Counted from the first letter of the stretch, positions 49,816 to 60,209 are shown. The stretch: DNA of 64,000 nt from an uncultured Gammaproteobacteria bacterium (GCA_964352335.1 CAYGRO010000003.1:24798-88797), one strand, 5' to 3'. Numbers and translations are program-made. Notes: generated by a model not told the origin, from the letters alone.

Positions 49816-50496
49816 CTAAGCTTGTTTTTTGATGCGTTCTGACGCTTGCTTGAATCGTGGCGAATACAATATTCGCAAAGCACGTTGATAATCCGACTGA
49901 GCAACCGACATAGCGATGTTCAGCAAATCAGCCACCTCAGCGAATGTTCTAAAGTACCCAGCAACATCTAGCCCATGACGAAGTTGTAAAACTTTGTAGG
50001 ACCTAATATGGATACCACGAAGAACATCGAGCGCTCCTTCTTCGAGCAATGTATACAAACGACGTGTTAGCACAACATCATCGTCAGAAACATCACAAGA
50101 GTCAGACCAACCGAATTCTCTGCGAATTCTTTCTGACTTAGTTTGACGAGGATTTTTTTGAATCAATGCCTCGTTTTCTGATGAATCTGTTTCTTTTGCT
50201 ATTCGTCGACTGAGCGAGAGTGCGTTTTCTTGTGTTGTCTGTGACCAATGGCCACTGCACCCTAAATAGCAAATAATTGCCGCAATTTTTGCAGAAATAC
50301 TTGGAGGCTTTACTCCAAATTTTTCTGCAATACGGTTTTGGTTTTGATACTCTTCTTCACCCAAACCATAGTAAATTTTTGTAAACGTCCACCCTTTTGG
50401 GCAATACGTCTTAATTTTTTCTATTCGACTTGAATCTAGTTCAGCCAAATCAAGAAGAAACTGACGCCGGTTATCCCAATCGATACCTTTATACAT
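49816..50496 (-). CDS. Protein with sigma70 region-4-like HTH domain(s), no region 2
   Basis: VLQLRHGL...RTFAEVA.LLNI...QRALRIL; second similar unit IYYGL...QNRIAEKFGV; AAAGGAG SD. Confidence 0.65.
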   Translation of the reverse strand: MYKGIDWDNRRQFLLDLAELDSSRIEKIKTYCPKGWTFTKIYYGLGEEEYQNQNRIAEKFGVKPPSISAKIAAIICYLGCSGHWSQTTQENALSLSRRIAKETDSSENEALIQKNPRQTKSERIRREFGWSDSCDVSDDDVVLTRRLYTLLEEGALDVLRGIHIRSYKVLQLRHGLDVAGYFRTFAEVADLLNIAMSVAQSDYQRALRILYSPRFKQASERIKKQA

Positions 50497-50614
50497 GAGT
50501 TCTCCTTTCTTTGAACTGTTTACAAAGATAACAGTAATTTATCCAAAAATCAATCAAAAAATAAGTGTAGAAAAAAATTAGCAGAAAAAGCTTGTTTTTT
50601 GTTATAATAAATTC

Positions 50615-53600
50615 ATGAAAAAGCAGAAAAGAAAAAAAGCTGAGAAAGTAGAACACTATTCGCCATCAAAAAAAGAATTTCATCTTCTTTCTAGCCCAGC
50701 ACCCGCTTTTGTCCATTTTTTCCTTAAAATTGGGCATTTTTTCCATTGGTGCTTTCATCTCTTACTTCCAGACAATTTCAAAGAAGACCCAGGTTTTACA
50801 GACCATGTGAAGCTATTTTTCATGACGCGCCACTATTCCTATTTGCGAAAGTTCTTTGTTGTGTGGATGTTTGTCATTACAACAACAATTGGTGTAACCG
50901 GATATAATATTTATCAAGCCAGAGAATTAGGTGCAGCCAATGCCACATTTCCTTTTGATATTTCTGGAAGTTATACATTCGATTCAGCCAGAGTCAATGT
51001 AACCGGAAGTGAGGCAGTGCTTTTATCTGTTGATCAAATTGACAATGACAATACAGCTACAGGTTTTGCCGGAGGAACATTTTCTGACACAAACTTTGCC
51101 ACCAGCCACGTAGGACTTGATGCAACAGGCCTCACAAATGGAACAGGAACTTTTACTTCACGAATAATAAATGCGGGAGGTTCTGTTGCGTGGAATCAAT
51201 TAGACTGGACCCCAGAAAGACCAATTCAAAAAGAACTTCCAAATAATAGCGGAATTGAATCTGCTTATAGCACAGGTAATATGTCTATGACAGGGAATGT
51301 ACTTTTAATGCATTTAAATGAAACAAGTGGAACCATTACTGATTCTTCTGTGAATGGGAATACTGCAACTGGAACAGGTATTACATATGCAAGCCAAGGT
51401 ATCTTTGGAACCGGAATTGATTTAACCGGAAATGGTGATAAAATTGAATCAAGTGCCTTTAATTATGTTTTTGGAACTGAAATTACACTAGCAGGATGGT
51501 TTCGATTTACCGGCCCAGGAACTGGTTCACCTAGAATTTTAGAAATCTCAAGACTTGGTGATTCAAACACACATGCTCTTGCGCCAGACGGAGATGGTTC
51601 TCTGCGTGCTTGGGCTGTTTGTAATAATGGATCGCGTGTAGGCTCTGCCGACGACCCAACAAACTATAACGACGGCCAATGGCATCATTTTGTTTACACA
51701 TATAGTAATCCAACAGGAATTATTTATGTAGATGGCGTGCAAACAGCTACAGCTTCTAATGCATGTGCAAACTTAGATGACGGGAGTGAGCTGATTTTGG
51801 GTGCAATTTCAGATGTAAGTGGTAACTTTACAAATGCACAACATGAATTTGATGGATACATTGATGAAATGGCTGCATTTAACCGAGCATTAACCCCAAC
51901 AGAGGTTCAAGACATCTATTTACGTGGTGCGTTAAGACAACAAATTCAGGTAAGAACATGTGACGATGCTATTTGTGATACAGAAGTTTTTGTAGGATCA
52001 GACGGAACAAATGGAACTTTTTTTAGTGAGCTTTTAAATTCAACAACTGGATTGCCAAGTCTTGCAATGCCCCTCCCTAATAATCAATACTTTCAATACC
52101 AAGTTACTCTAGAAACAGATGACAATGTCACAAACTCTCGATTGAGTAATGTTACTATTGGCCCAAGCCATTTAGACGGAGGTTCACCAACTATTCAAAA
52201 TACCTCTGGTATTGCTTATACATCATCGTTGGATAGCTTTACAGAAACACTCGGAGGTGGGCATACTGGAACAACAACTTATCAACTTTCCAATAATGGT
52301 GCGAATTTCTATTATTTTAACGGAGGTTCATGGTCTCCAGCTGTGAGTTCTGTTCAATCGAATACAGCTGGAATTATTGGTGCGAATATCACAACATTTG
52401 TAAATGACGTAGGTACAGGTAACTTCTTTTTTCGTGCCTTTTTAGGTTCGAATTTAGGGACACAAGTCATTGAATTAGATCAAATTGAACTAACATTTGA
52501 CACAGGTGGAGGAGGCGGTGGTGGAGGGTCTTCGAAAATCTTTTTTCTCCCCCCCAGCGCACCAGGTGATGGGTTTCAAGTTATCATTAACGAAAAAGCA
52601 GAACAAACAACAGACCAAATTGTAGACCTTACATTTAATGCTGGTAATGAAGTATCGCTTGTAGAGTTATCAAATGAACAAAGTTTTATAGAATCAATTA
52701 CTTTAGGACTAACACCAACTATTGAGTGGGATCTTTGTTCTGTGAGTGGAAAACCTGTTTCTAGAGATTGCCCAGATGGCGAATATACTGTCTATGCAAA
52801 TTTTTTAACATCTTTAGGACAACCTCCATCTCCAATAGTTTCTGACACAATCACATTAGGAGAAGAAGAAGAAGAAGTTGTTGAAGAAGAACCAGTGGTA
52901 ACTGAACCAGAAACCGAAACTGAAGAAACTCCCGATGAAGAAGTCATTATAGAACAAGAACAAAACGAACCTCCTATTACACCAGCCCCCTCTGAACCAG
53001 AAGAAACAACTGAACAACCCGAAGATGAAACTCAAGAACCATCTGTAATCGAGGAAGAGATTGTAGAAGAAAACCAACAAGAACCTACTCCAATTCAACC
53101 TTCACCAGAACAAACACCCCCGCAACCACCTATAAACCAGAACGACCCCACAACCGCTCCGCCTTCAGAAGTAAATGAAGGGCAAATCATTCAAACAGTC
53201 ACACAAGAAATTGGAACAAATAACTATTTACTAACTGTTTCTACAGGAGAAGAACTAGAACAGAATGAAAAAGTATTTGTACAATTTTTGTCTGGAGCTC
53301 TTGCTGGTCAAAGCATTGTTTTAGATGAATACGTTGCAAATGACCAAGAAATTTTCTTTTACACCCCACTCCAAGTAAACCCAAGTCCTGGTGATAAAGT
53401 AAAAGTATCTGGAGGAACTGTGTTTAAGCAAGAAACATTTGTCTCACCAAAAACAGAATCAACTGTTTCAGACTTTAAAGTGTCGGCACCTGAAAAACCT
53501 TCTCTTCTTGCGCTACAAATTGTAATAGCTATTGGCTTGTTTTTAGGCCTGTTTATTCTCTTTTCATTGTGGAAACAAAATACTGCCCTTACAACACTCA

Positions 53601-53653
53601 TTGAACATGAACACGCGAACTTATACCATAAAGGGAAACACGGTAAGCACTAA
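50615..53653 (+). CDS. LamG/concanavalin-like surface protein, paralog 1
   Basis: TM, LMHLNE...DSS, WHHFVYT, FDGYIDEMAAFNRALT, E/P-rich stalk, C-terminal TM. Confidence 0.85.
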   Translation: MKKQKRKKAEKVEHYSPSKKEFHLLSSPAPAFVHFFLKIGHFFHWCFHLLLPDNFKEDPGFTDHVKLFFMTRHYSYLRKFFVVWMFVITTTIGVTGYNIYQARELGAANATFPFDISGSYTFDSARVNVTGSEAVLLSVDQIDNDNTATGFAGGTFSDTNFATSHVGLDATGLTNGTGTFTSRIINAGGSVAWNQLDWTPERPIQKELPNNSGIESAYSTGNMSMTGNVLLMHLNETSGTITDSSVNGNTATGTGITYASQGIFGTGIDLTGNGDKIESSAFNYVFGTEITLAGWFRFTGPGTGSPRILEISRLGDSNTHALAPDGDGSLRAWAVCNNGSRVGSADDPTNYNDGQWHHFVYTYSNPTGIIYVDGVQTATASNACANLDDGSELILGAISDVSGNFTNAQHEFDGYIDEMAAFNRALTPTEVQDIYLRGALRQQIQVRTCDDAICDTEVFVGSDGTNGTFFSELLNSTTGLPSLAMPLPNNQYFQYQVTLETDDNVTNSRLSNVTIGPSHLDGGSPTIQNTSGIAYTSSLDSFTETLGGGHTGTTTYQLSNNGANFYYFNGGSWSPAVSSVQSNTAGIIGANITTFVNDVGTGNFFFRAFLGSNLGTQVIELDQIELTFDTGGGGGGGGSSKIFFLPPSAPGDGFQVIINEKAEQTTDQIVDLTFNAGNEVSLVELSNEQSFIESITLGLTPTIEWDLCSVSGKPVSRDCPDGEYTVYANFLTSLGQPPSPIVSDTITLGEEEEEVVEEEPVVTEPETETEETPDEEVIIEQEQNEPPITPAPSEPEETTEQPEDETQEPSVIEEEIVEENQQEPTPIQPSPEQTPPQPPINQNDPTTAPPSEVNEGQIIQTVTQEIGTNNYLLTVSTGEELEQNEKVFVQFLSGALAGQSIVLDEYVANDQEIFFYTPLQVNPSPGDKVKVSGGTVFKQETFVSPKTESTVSDFKVSAPEKPSLLALQIVIAIGLFLGLFILFSLWKQNTALTTLIEHEHANLYHKGKHGKH

Positions 53654-56600
53654 TTGTATATGAAGAAAAAACATCATAGACCAAATCATAACCACCCTGT
53701 CATTGCCTTTTTACTAAAGACAAGTCATTTTTTTCATTGGTCTTTTCATGTTTTACTTCCCGACTTTATCTCAAAAGTACCTAGTGCCAAATTAAACAGG
53801 CTTCTTTTCTTAAAAACTCGTTACTTTTCTAAGATGAGAACTCTTGTTATCGGGTGGCTTATTATGAGCATTAGTATTTTAAGTGTCACAGGATATCAAT
53901 TTGCAAAAGCTCCAATCATAAAAGCAGCCAATACTACCTTCCCTTTTGACCTAGCAGGAAACTATACTTTTGACACAGACAGAATAGCAATTGGATCAAG
54001 TCTTGCAACGCTTCCGTCGGTCGACCAAATAGATGACGACAATACTGCTACGGGTTTTGCAGGAGGGACGTTTAGTGACACCGCGTTTTCTGGAGGCTTC
54101 TTGCAATTAGACGCAACTGGACTTACAAATACCACAGGGCTTTTTACTTCAAGAGTTATAGACGCAGGTGGTGACGTAGCATGGTCGTCAGTGGACTGGA
54201 CACCTCAACGCCCCTATCAAAAAGATCTTCCCGACTCAGGATCAGCTGAAACGGCGTATACTGCTGGGAATATCGACATGAATGGTAATCTTGCATTACT
54301 TCATGCAGACGAAACAGCTGGTGCAACAACGATTCTAGATTCATCTGGTAATGCGAATAACTTCTCTTGTACTACTTGCCCTGCTTCTGGAGGAACGGGC
54401 CGATTCAATACAACCCTAGAATTCAATGGAGGCGAAACACTTGAGGACGCAGATGGAGAAACCTATTTAAACGGGCTTACTGCATTCTCATTGGGTTTTT
54501 GGGTCAAATCCGATGTCGTTGGAACTGACAGAGGCTTTTTTATCGGAACAGCCCCAAGTGGAAGTGATGACGGACTTACTATTCGTTACGACGATGCGGG
54601 CGCAAACGGAGGAGGAAATGATGTCATTAAAGCAGGAATAACAACAACCACAGGAACAACACAAGTCGAAAGCTCTACAAATATTCAAACAACAGACTGG
54701 CAACATATTGTTCTCACATGGACCTCTGGCAGTGCTTTATCACTGTATGTAAACGGCCAACTGGACACACCAACCAGTGCAGGAGCGACCGTAGGAGGAG
54801 CCATTAGCACATTAGACCGAGCAATACTTGGGAGAGGTGGAAAAGACACAGCAGCAGGAGCCGGGTGGTTAGGACTAATCGATGAATTCTCGGTTTTTGA
54901 TAGGGCACTCGCCCCAGCAGAAATTTCTGATCATTATCTTCGGGGTGCGACAAGACTTGGAATTCAAGTTCGTTCTTGTGACGATGCAATTTGTGACATA
55001 GAACCATTTATTGGTCCAGACGGAACAGCAAGCACCTTTTACGGTGAAGGCTTAAATACAACAAATGCACTCCCAAGCACAACGACACTTTCTTCTATCG
55101 TAAACAACCGTTACTTTCAGTATCAAATAGTATTAGACTCAGATGATTCGATTACAACACCTCAATCTTCTTCATTTTCTTTTGCCCCATCTCATTTAGA
55201 TGCAGGTGGCCCAACTATTCAAAATGCAACAGGAATAACATATCAAACAATCGATGGATTTGTAGAAACTCTTGGGGGAGGAAATACTGGCACAACAAGA
55301 TACCAAGTCTCAAATAATGGAACAAATTTTTATTACTTTAATGGATTAAATTGGGTAACGGCTCTCTCTGCTGCACAAAGTAATCCTGCTGGTGTTATTA
55401 ATAGTAATGCAACAACCATTGCAACTGATATTGGAACTGGAGACTTCTTTTTTCGAGCTTTTCTAAATTCAGCACTCGGACAACAAATTGTAGAACTAGA
55501 TGAAATTGAAGTTATTTTTGACACAAGCTCAAATAATAACGGGGGTGGTGGTAGCTCATTACTCTTCTTTAGCCAACCAGTCCCCCCAACCAATGGATTT
55601 GCATTAACAATAAACGAAGAAGCAACAGTAACAGAATCACCTCTTGTTTCATTAGGTTTTAATGCTGGCTCAGATATTTCCCTTGTTGAAATTTCTAATG
55701 AACCAAATTTTTTAGAATCAATTACATTAACCTACTCAAATCCACTTTCTTGGAATCTCTGCTCCTCTAAAGGAGAAGCACAAACTGAATGTATAGATGG
55801 TGAATACACCGTTTATGCAAAATTCTATAAATCATTTGGTCAAGCCCCTTCGGTCGTTGTTCAGGATACTATTGCCCTTCTCTCCCTCGAGAACATAGAT
55901 GCTATTGATAAAAACACTGAAGAGGAAAACCCTACTGAAGAAAAATTATCACCAATTGAAATCCCCGAAGACAATACACCACCAACAGAAGAACCTCTCA
56001 TTGTTGATGCTGAAAACCAAGAAGAAAATGAAACCATTCTCTCTCCCCCATCAGAAATAGTTGAACAAGAACAAAAGAAAGAACAGGAATTATTACAACC
56101 AGAGTCTACACAAGAAAAAGAATTAAATCTTCCCACCTCACCACAAACGCCTTCGGAACAACCAAGCCAACCAATTCCTCAAAAGACTCAAACTCTGCCT
56201 CAAACACAAGTTGTACAACAAGTATCACAAGAAATTGGCACTTCTAACTTTTTGATTAGTACAACATTACCTGCTGGGTTTGATGAAAACGAATCTTTTG
56301 TTATTTCTTTTACCTCTGGTGCCCTTGCTGGTCAAAGCGTGCTTATTGATAAATATGTAGCAAATGACCAAGGTATTCTTCTTTTTACAGAGCTTAAAAC
56401 CTCACCAACTATTGGAGATTTGTTTCAGCTCTTTTCTGGAAGATTTTATGAAGAAAAAACATTTGTCTCTCCACAACTTCCCCCCTCTTCACCTGTTATA
56501 ATTCAATATGACAGCTTTACTGACCAAAGATCATTTTTCTGGTTTCTCTTTGGGTTGCTTATTGTAACTATCACAGGTTTTGGACTCCTTGTACTTGTGC

Positions 56601-56692
56601 TCTTCCGATTATGGAAACAAAACACAACGCTTACAACACTCATCGAAGCTGAGCACAAAGAATTGTTTATGAAGAAAAGAAAGCGTAAATAA
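53654..56692 (+). CDS. LamG surface protein, paralog 2
   Basis: WQHIVLTW, LYVNG, GLIDEFSVFDRAL; same scaffold; start TTG 53654 or ATG 53660. Confidence 0.85.
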   Translation: MYMKKKHHRPNHNHPVIAFLLKTSHFFHWSFHVLLPDFISKVPSAKLNRLLFLKTRYFSKMRTLVIGWLIMSISILSVTGYQFAKAPIIKAANTTFPFDLAGNYTFDTDRIAIGSSLATLPSVDQIDDDNTATGFAGGTFSDTAFSGGFLQLDATGLTNTTGLFTSRVIDAGGDVAWSSVDWTPQRPYQKDLPDSGSAETAYTAGNIDMNGNLALLHADETAGATTILDSSGNANNFSCTTCPASGGTGRFNTTLEFNGGETLEDADGETYLNGLTAFSLGFWVKSDVVGTDRGFFIGTAPSGSDDGLTIRYDDAGANGGGNDVIKAGITTTTGTTQVESSTNIQTTDWQHIVLTWTSGSALSLYVNGQLDTPTSAGATVGGAISTLDRAILGRGGKDTAAGAGWLGLIDEFSVFDRALAPAEISDHYLRGATRLGIQVRSCDDAICDIEPFIGPDGTASTFYGEGLNTTNALPSTTTLSSIVNNRYFQYQIVLDSDDSITTPQSSSFSFAPSHLDAGGPTIQNATGITYQTIDGFVETLGGGNTGTTRYQVSNNGTNFYYFNGLNWVTALSAAQSNPAGVINSNATTIATDIGTGDFFFRAFLNSALGQQIVELDEIEVIFDTSSNNNGGGGSSLLFFSQPVPPTNGFALTINEEATVTESPLVSLGFNAGSDISLVEISNEPNFLESITLTYSNPLSWNLCSSKGEAQTECIDGEYTVYAKFYKSFGQAPSVVVQDTIALLSLENIDAIDKNTEEENPTEEKLSPIEIPEDNTPPTEEPLIVDAENQEENETILSPPSEIVEQEQKKEQELLQPESTQEKELNLPTSPQTPSEQPSQPIPQKTQTLPQTQVVQQVSQEIGTSNFLISTTLPAGFDENESFVISFTSGALAGQSVLIDKYVANDQGILLFTELKTSPTIGDLFQLFSGRFYEEKTFVSPQLPPSSPVIIQYDSFTDQRSFFWFLFGLLIVTITGFGLLVLVLFRLWKQNTTLTTLIEAEHKELFMKKRKRK

Positions 56693-56697
56693 TTTCT

Positions 56698-59600
56698 ATG
56701 AAGAATAGTAATCATCATAAAAATGCTTATAAACAAATCATTCAACTAAAGAATGGTGTTCTTAAATATCTTTTACTTTTTCTTCATTTTGTTCAATGGT
56801 CTATACATCTACTTATTCCAGATGAAATCACAGATATCCCTAGTCTTAAAAAAGCCTGGGAAATTGTAAAAACACATCAAAGATTTTACAGGCTACGCTA
56901 TGCATTCGGAACACTCGTACTTCTTACTGCAGTACTTGGTTCATCTGCTTTTTATAGCTTAAAAACGAGTCCTCTCCTTTTAGCAGCTGCAACAACTTTT
57001 CCGTTTACTGTACCAGCAAATTACACCTTCTCCGCAACTGCTATTAGTCTAAATGCAGGGATAGCATCTCTTATTGCTATTGATCAAATTGACGATGATA
57101 ATACAGCTACAGGATTTGCTGGTGGTACATTTTCAGATACAGAATTTTCACTCACAAACTTACAACTAGATGCTACTGGTATTACAAATGGAACAGGTAT
57201 GTTTACTTCTCGAGTCATAGACGCTGGAAGCTCTGTTGCATGGTCTACCTTTAATTGGACACCACAAGCCCCCTACCATAAAGAACTCCCAGACAATGCA
57301 GCCATAGAAACAAACTACACAAATAGAAATGTTTCTATGGTAAATAATGAATTACTCCTTCATTTAAATGAATCAGGTGGCGCAGTAAGTTTTGCAGATA
57401 CTTCTGGAAATGCTGCAAATGGTAGTTGCGCAGATTGCCCTACACAAACAAATGGTCAATTTAACAATGCATTTGAATTTGATGGAGCTACAAATGAAAT
57501 AGAACTACCAAACTCAGTCTTAAACGGAAGCGGTGATTCTAGTATTGCACTTTGGTTTCGAACAGCAAATACGGGCCAACAAGCAATTATTAGTGGAGCA
57601 AATGGATCAAATGACAATGAATACCTTCTCTTTCTTCCAAATCAAACTACTATTGCCTTTTATACAGGAGAAAGCTCAGGAGGAAACACAACTTGGGCTG
57701 TACCGTCTATGGCAGACAATAACTGGCACCATCTCGTACTCACAAGAGATGATTTAAACAATCAAGTATCTGCTTATTTTGATGGATCATTACTTTCTAC
57801 ACAAGGCACCACAATTAACCCTGTTTCAATAGACCTTGGCGGCTTATTTCTTGGGCAAGAGCAAGATTCTGTTGGGGGCGGGTTTACTCCAACACAAGCT
57901 TTTGAAGGCGATATGGATGAAGTAGCTATTTTTTCTCGTGTACTCACCGCATCAGATGTAACCGCTATCTATGAAAGAACATTTCACGATATCCGCTTTC
58001 AACTACGTTCTTGCGACGACTCACTTTGTGATACAGAACTATTTATTGGCCCAGATGGCACAGCTGGAACTTTTTATGACGAATTAGGAAATGCAACTAT
58101 AAACCTACCTTCACAAACTATTACAAATCTTTCAGATAATCGATATTTTCAGTATCAAGCAACACTTACATCTTCAGACAATATTCAAACACCACAAGTG
58201 TCTTCAATTTCTGTAGGCCCTACTCATTTTGATGCAAGCACTCCCTCTATTACTCCATTAACAGGGATTCCATACACTTCACTTACAGGGTTTACAGAAA
58301 CTTTGGGCGGAGGAAATGTAGGAACAGTTCAATACCAAATTTCTAATGACAATGTAACCTATTATTATCATAATGGAGCCAACTGGGTTTCTGCGATTAA
58401 TTCAGCACAAAGTAATACTGCATTAGGCGTGAATGCTCAAATTTCAAGCTTTGTTTCAGACATTGGCACTGGTGACTTCTATTTTAGAGCATTCTTTTTC
58501 TCAACAAACGGAGTTCAGCAAGTTGAGTTAGATGAAGTAAGTATTAGTTTTGAAAATGACCCGGGTAATGGTGGAAACGGAGGAGGCTCTTTCATCTTCT
58601 TAGCTCTCCCTCCAACACCTCCAGCAGAAGGATTTAAGGTTTTGATAAATGAAGACAATGAATTTGCAGAATCTCAAAATGTCACGCTTTCTTTTAATGC
58701 AGGTTCTGACATTAAACTAGTAGAGCTTTCTAATGAAGAAACAATGACTGAGTCTACAACTATTAGCTATAAAGAGGAACTTGCGTGGGACCTTTGTTCA
58801 ATTCGTGGTGAAACACAAAATTCAGTTTGTGAAACAGGAGAAAAAACTGTCTACGCTCGTTTTTCAAAAGGTTTTGGATCTACTCCTTCAGATGTTGTTA
58901 GTGACACCATTATTTTAAATCAAAATGTTGGAACTCCTGTTGAAACACCAAAAGAAACTATAAATGAATCAGAAACAAATCAAACAGAAGAAGAAGACTT
59001 AAATAGCGAAACACCAACGGAAAATACAACCAAAACAACAGAGGAACAGCAAGAATCAACAGAAACTTCTGATGAAACACCCTCTACAGAACAAGTAGAA
59101 ACAGAAATACCTGTAGAAACAACTGAACCGACTCCACCCTCTGCTGAGGAAAATATCAGTCAACAACCTTCACCAACTCTAGAAACAAAACAAGAAACGA
59201 CAGAACCTCTGGTGGCAGAACAGCCCGAAACAGACCAACAACTTCAAGTAACACCAAATGGTATTTTACTAACCTCTTCTATTCCCCCTGGTCCTCTAGG
59301 TCAATCAACTATTCCAACAACTCTCACAGAACCATATGCTGGTTACTACAATGGAGCATTTATTATCTTTACTTCTGGAGATGTTGTAGGACAAATGGCT
59401 CAAATAGAAAAATTTGTAGACGGTCAATTCTTCTTTACTCCCCCATTATCTATTACACCTTCTGTAAATGATCAATTCACAATTACCATTCCATTACAAA
59501 CAGAAGACACAACAATGGTTTCCTCAAATAGTTCTGATCTTCAAGGAATAGCAACAATTTTCCGAGATCTTGTCTATCCAAGAGACCTCATTAGAACAAT

Positions 59601-59733
59601 CTTTTGGGCTGGTGTCTTTATTGGAGCAGGAGTAGCAATTATTCTAACGAGAATCCTTATGATTCTCTGGCAACACCACATGCTCACACATCATGCAACA
59701 AGCATTCCAAAACGCAAAAACAAAAAAACTTGA
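56698..59733 (+). CDS. LamG surface protein, paralog 3 (pentraxin-like LGQEQD motif)
   Basis: WHHLVLT, LFLGQEQDSVGGGF...AFEGDMDEVAIFSRVL. Confidence 0.85.
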   Translation: MKNSNHHKNAYKQIIQLKNGVLKYLLLFLHFVQWSIHLLIPDEITDIPSLKKAWEIVKTHQRFYRLRYAFGTLVLLTAVLGSSAFYSLKTSPLLLAAATTFPFTVPANYTFSATAISLNAGIASLIAIDQIDDDNTATGFAGGTFSDTEFSLTNLQLDATGITNGTGMFTSRVIDAGSSVAWSTFNWTPQAPYHKELPDNAAIETNYTNRNVSMVNNELLLHLNESGGAVSFADTSGNAANGSCADCPTQTNGQFNNAFEFDGATNEIELPNSVLNGSGDSSIALWFRTANTGQQAIISGANGSNDNEYLLFLPNQTTIAFYTGESSGGNTTWAVPSMADNNWHHLVLTRDDLNNQVSAYFDGSLLSTQGTTINPVSIDLGGLFLGQEQDSVGGGFTPTQAFEGDMDEVAIFSRVLTASDVTAIYERTFHDIRFQLRSCDDSLCDTELFIGPDGTAGTFYDELGNATINLPSQTITNLSDNRYFQYQATLTSSDNIQTPQVSSISVGPTHFDASTPSITPLTGIPYTSLTGFTETLGGGNVGTVQYQISNDNVTYYYHNGANWVSAINSAQSNTALGVNAQISSFVSDIGTGDFYFRAFFFSTNGVQQVELDEVSISFENDPGNGGNGGGSFIFLALPPTPPAEGFKVLINEDNEFAESQNVTLSFNAGSDIKLVELSNEETMTESTTISYKEELAWDLCSIRGETQNSVCETGEKTVYARFSKGFGSTPSDVVSDTIILNQNVGTPVETPKETINESETNQTEEEDLNSETPTENTTKTTEEQQESTETSDETPSTEQVETEIPVETTEPTPPSAEENISQQPSPTLETKQETTEPLVAEQPETDQQLQVTPNGILLTSSIPPGPLGQSTIPTTLTEPYAGYYNGAFIIFTSGDVVGQMAQIEKFVDGQFFFTPPLSITPSVNDQFTITIPLQTEDTTMVSSNSSDLQGIATIFRDLVYPRDLIRTIFWAGVFIGAGVAIILTRILMILWQHHMLTHHATSIPKRKNKKT

Positions 59734-59776
59734 TAGATCTCTATCAAGTTTTTTTTAACTTCAAAGTCCCCGCTCT

Positions 59777-59923
59777 TTATTTCAAAAGCCCAGCAAGCCC
59801 CAAAAGCACAAAAGCAATACCACTAATCATTGGTGGATTAATAGCACCTTTTCCAAAAGTCACGATCATATAAAGACCTAGAAGTAATGTGATTACGTAG
59901 AGGACTGATTTGAATGGTTTCAT
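59777..59923 (-). CDS. 48-aa 2-TM protein
   Basis: MKPFKSVLYVITLLLGLYMIVTFGKGAINPPMISGIAFVLLGLAGLLK*. Confidence 0.6.
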   Translation of the reverse strand: MKPFKSVLYVITLLLGLYMIVTFGKGAINPPMISGIAFVLLGLAGLLK

Positions 59924-59989
59924 AAAAATGTAGTTATGTTTATGAGCTTAGTATAGCAAAAAAACTCACCGAACTGATGAGCTATTATT

Positions 59990-60068
59990 TGGTTCCCAGA
60001 CAGGGATTCGAACTCCGATTCCATGGACCAGCCCTCCTTCGCTGAAGATTCGTAGGACAAGAACCATA
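59990..60068 (-). pseudogene. Degenerate 3' half of tRNA-Gln with 30-bp insertion in the anticodon loop
   Basis: TATGGTT[30 bp]CTGGTCCATGGAATCGGAGTTCGAATCCCTGTCTGGGAACCA resembles the 3' half of the adjacent tRNA. Confidence 0.75.
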
Positions 60069-60086
60069 AAATAAACAGTCACTCTG

Positions 60087-60157
60087 TTCCGAGACGAGGA
60101 TTCGAACCCCGATTCTATGGACCAGAACCATATGTCCTACCATTAGACGATCTCGGA
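60087..60157 (-). tRNA. tRNA-Gln(CTG)
   Basis: TCCGAGA acceptor, TAATGGTAG D-loop, TATGG-TTCTGGT-CCATA anticodon arm, GTTCGAATC T-loop; CCA not encoded. Confidence 0.93.
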
Positions 60158-60209
60158 ACACAAAGACCGTTTATCAAACTTGTCACCTGCAACCTGAAAA
60201 CCTGCCCCA

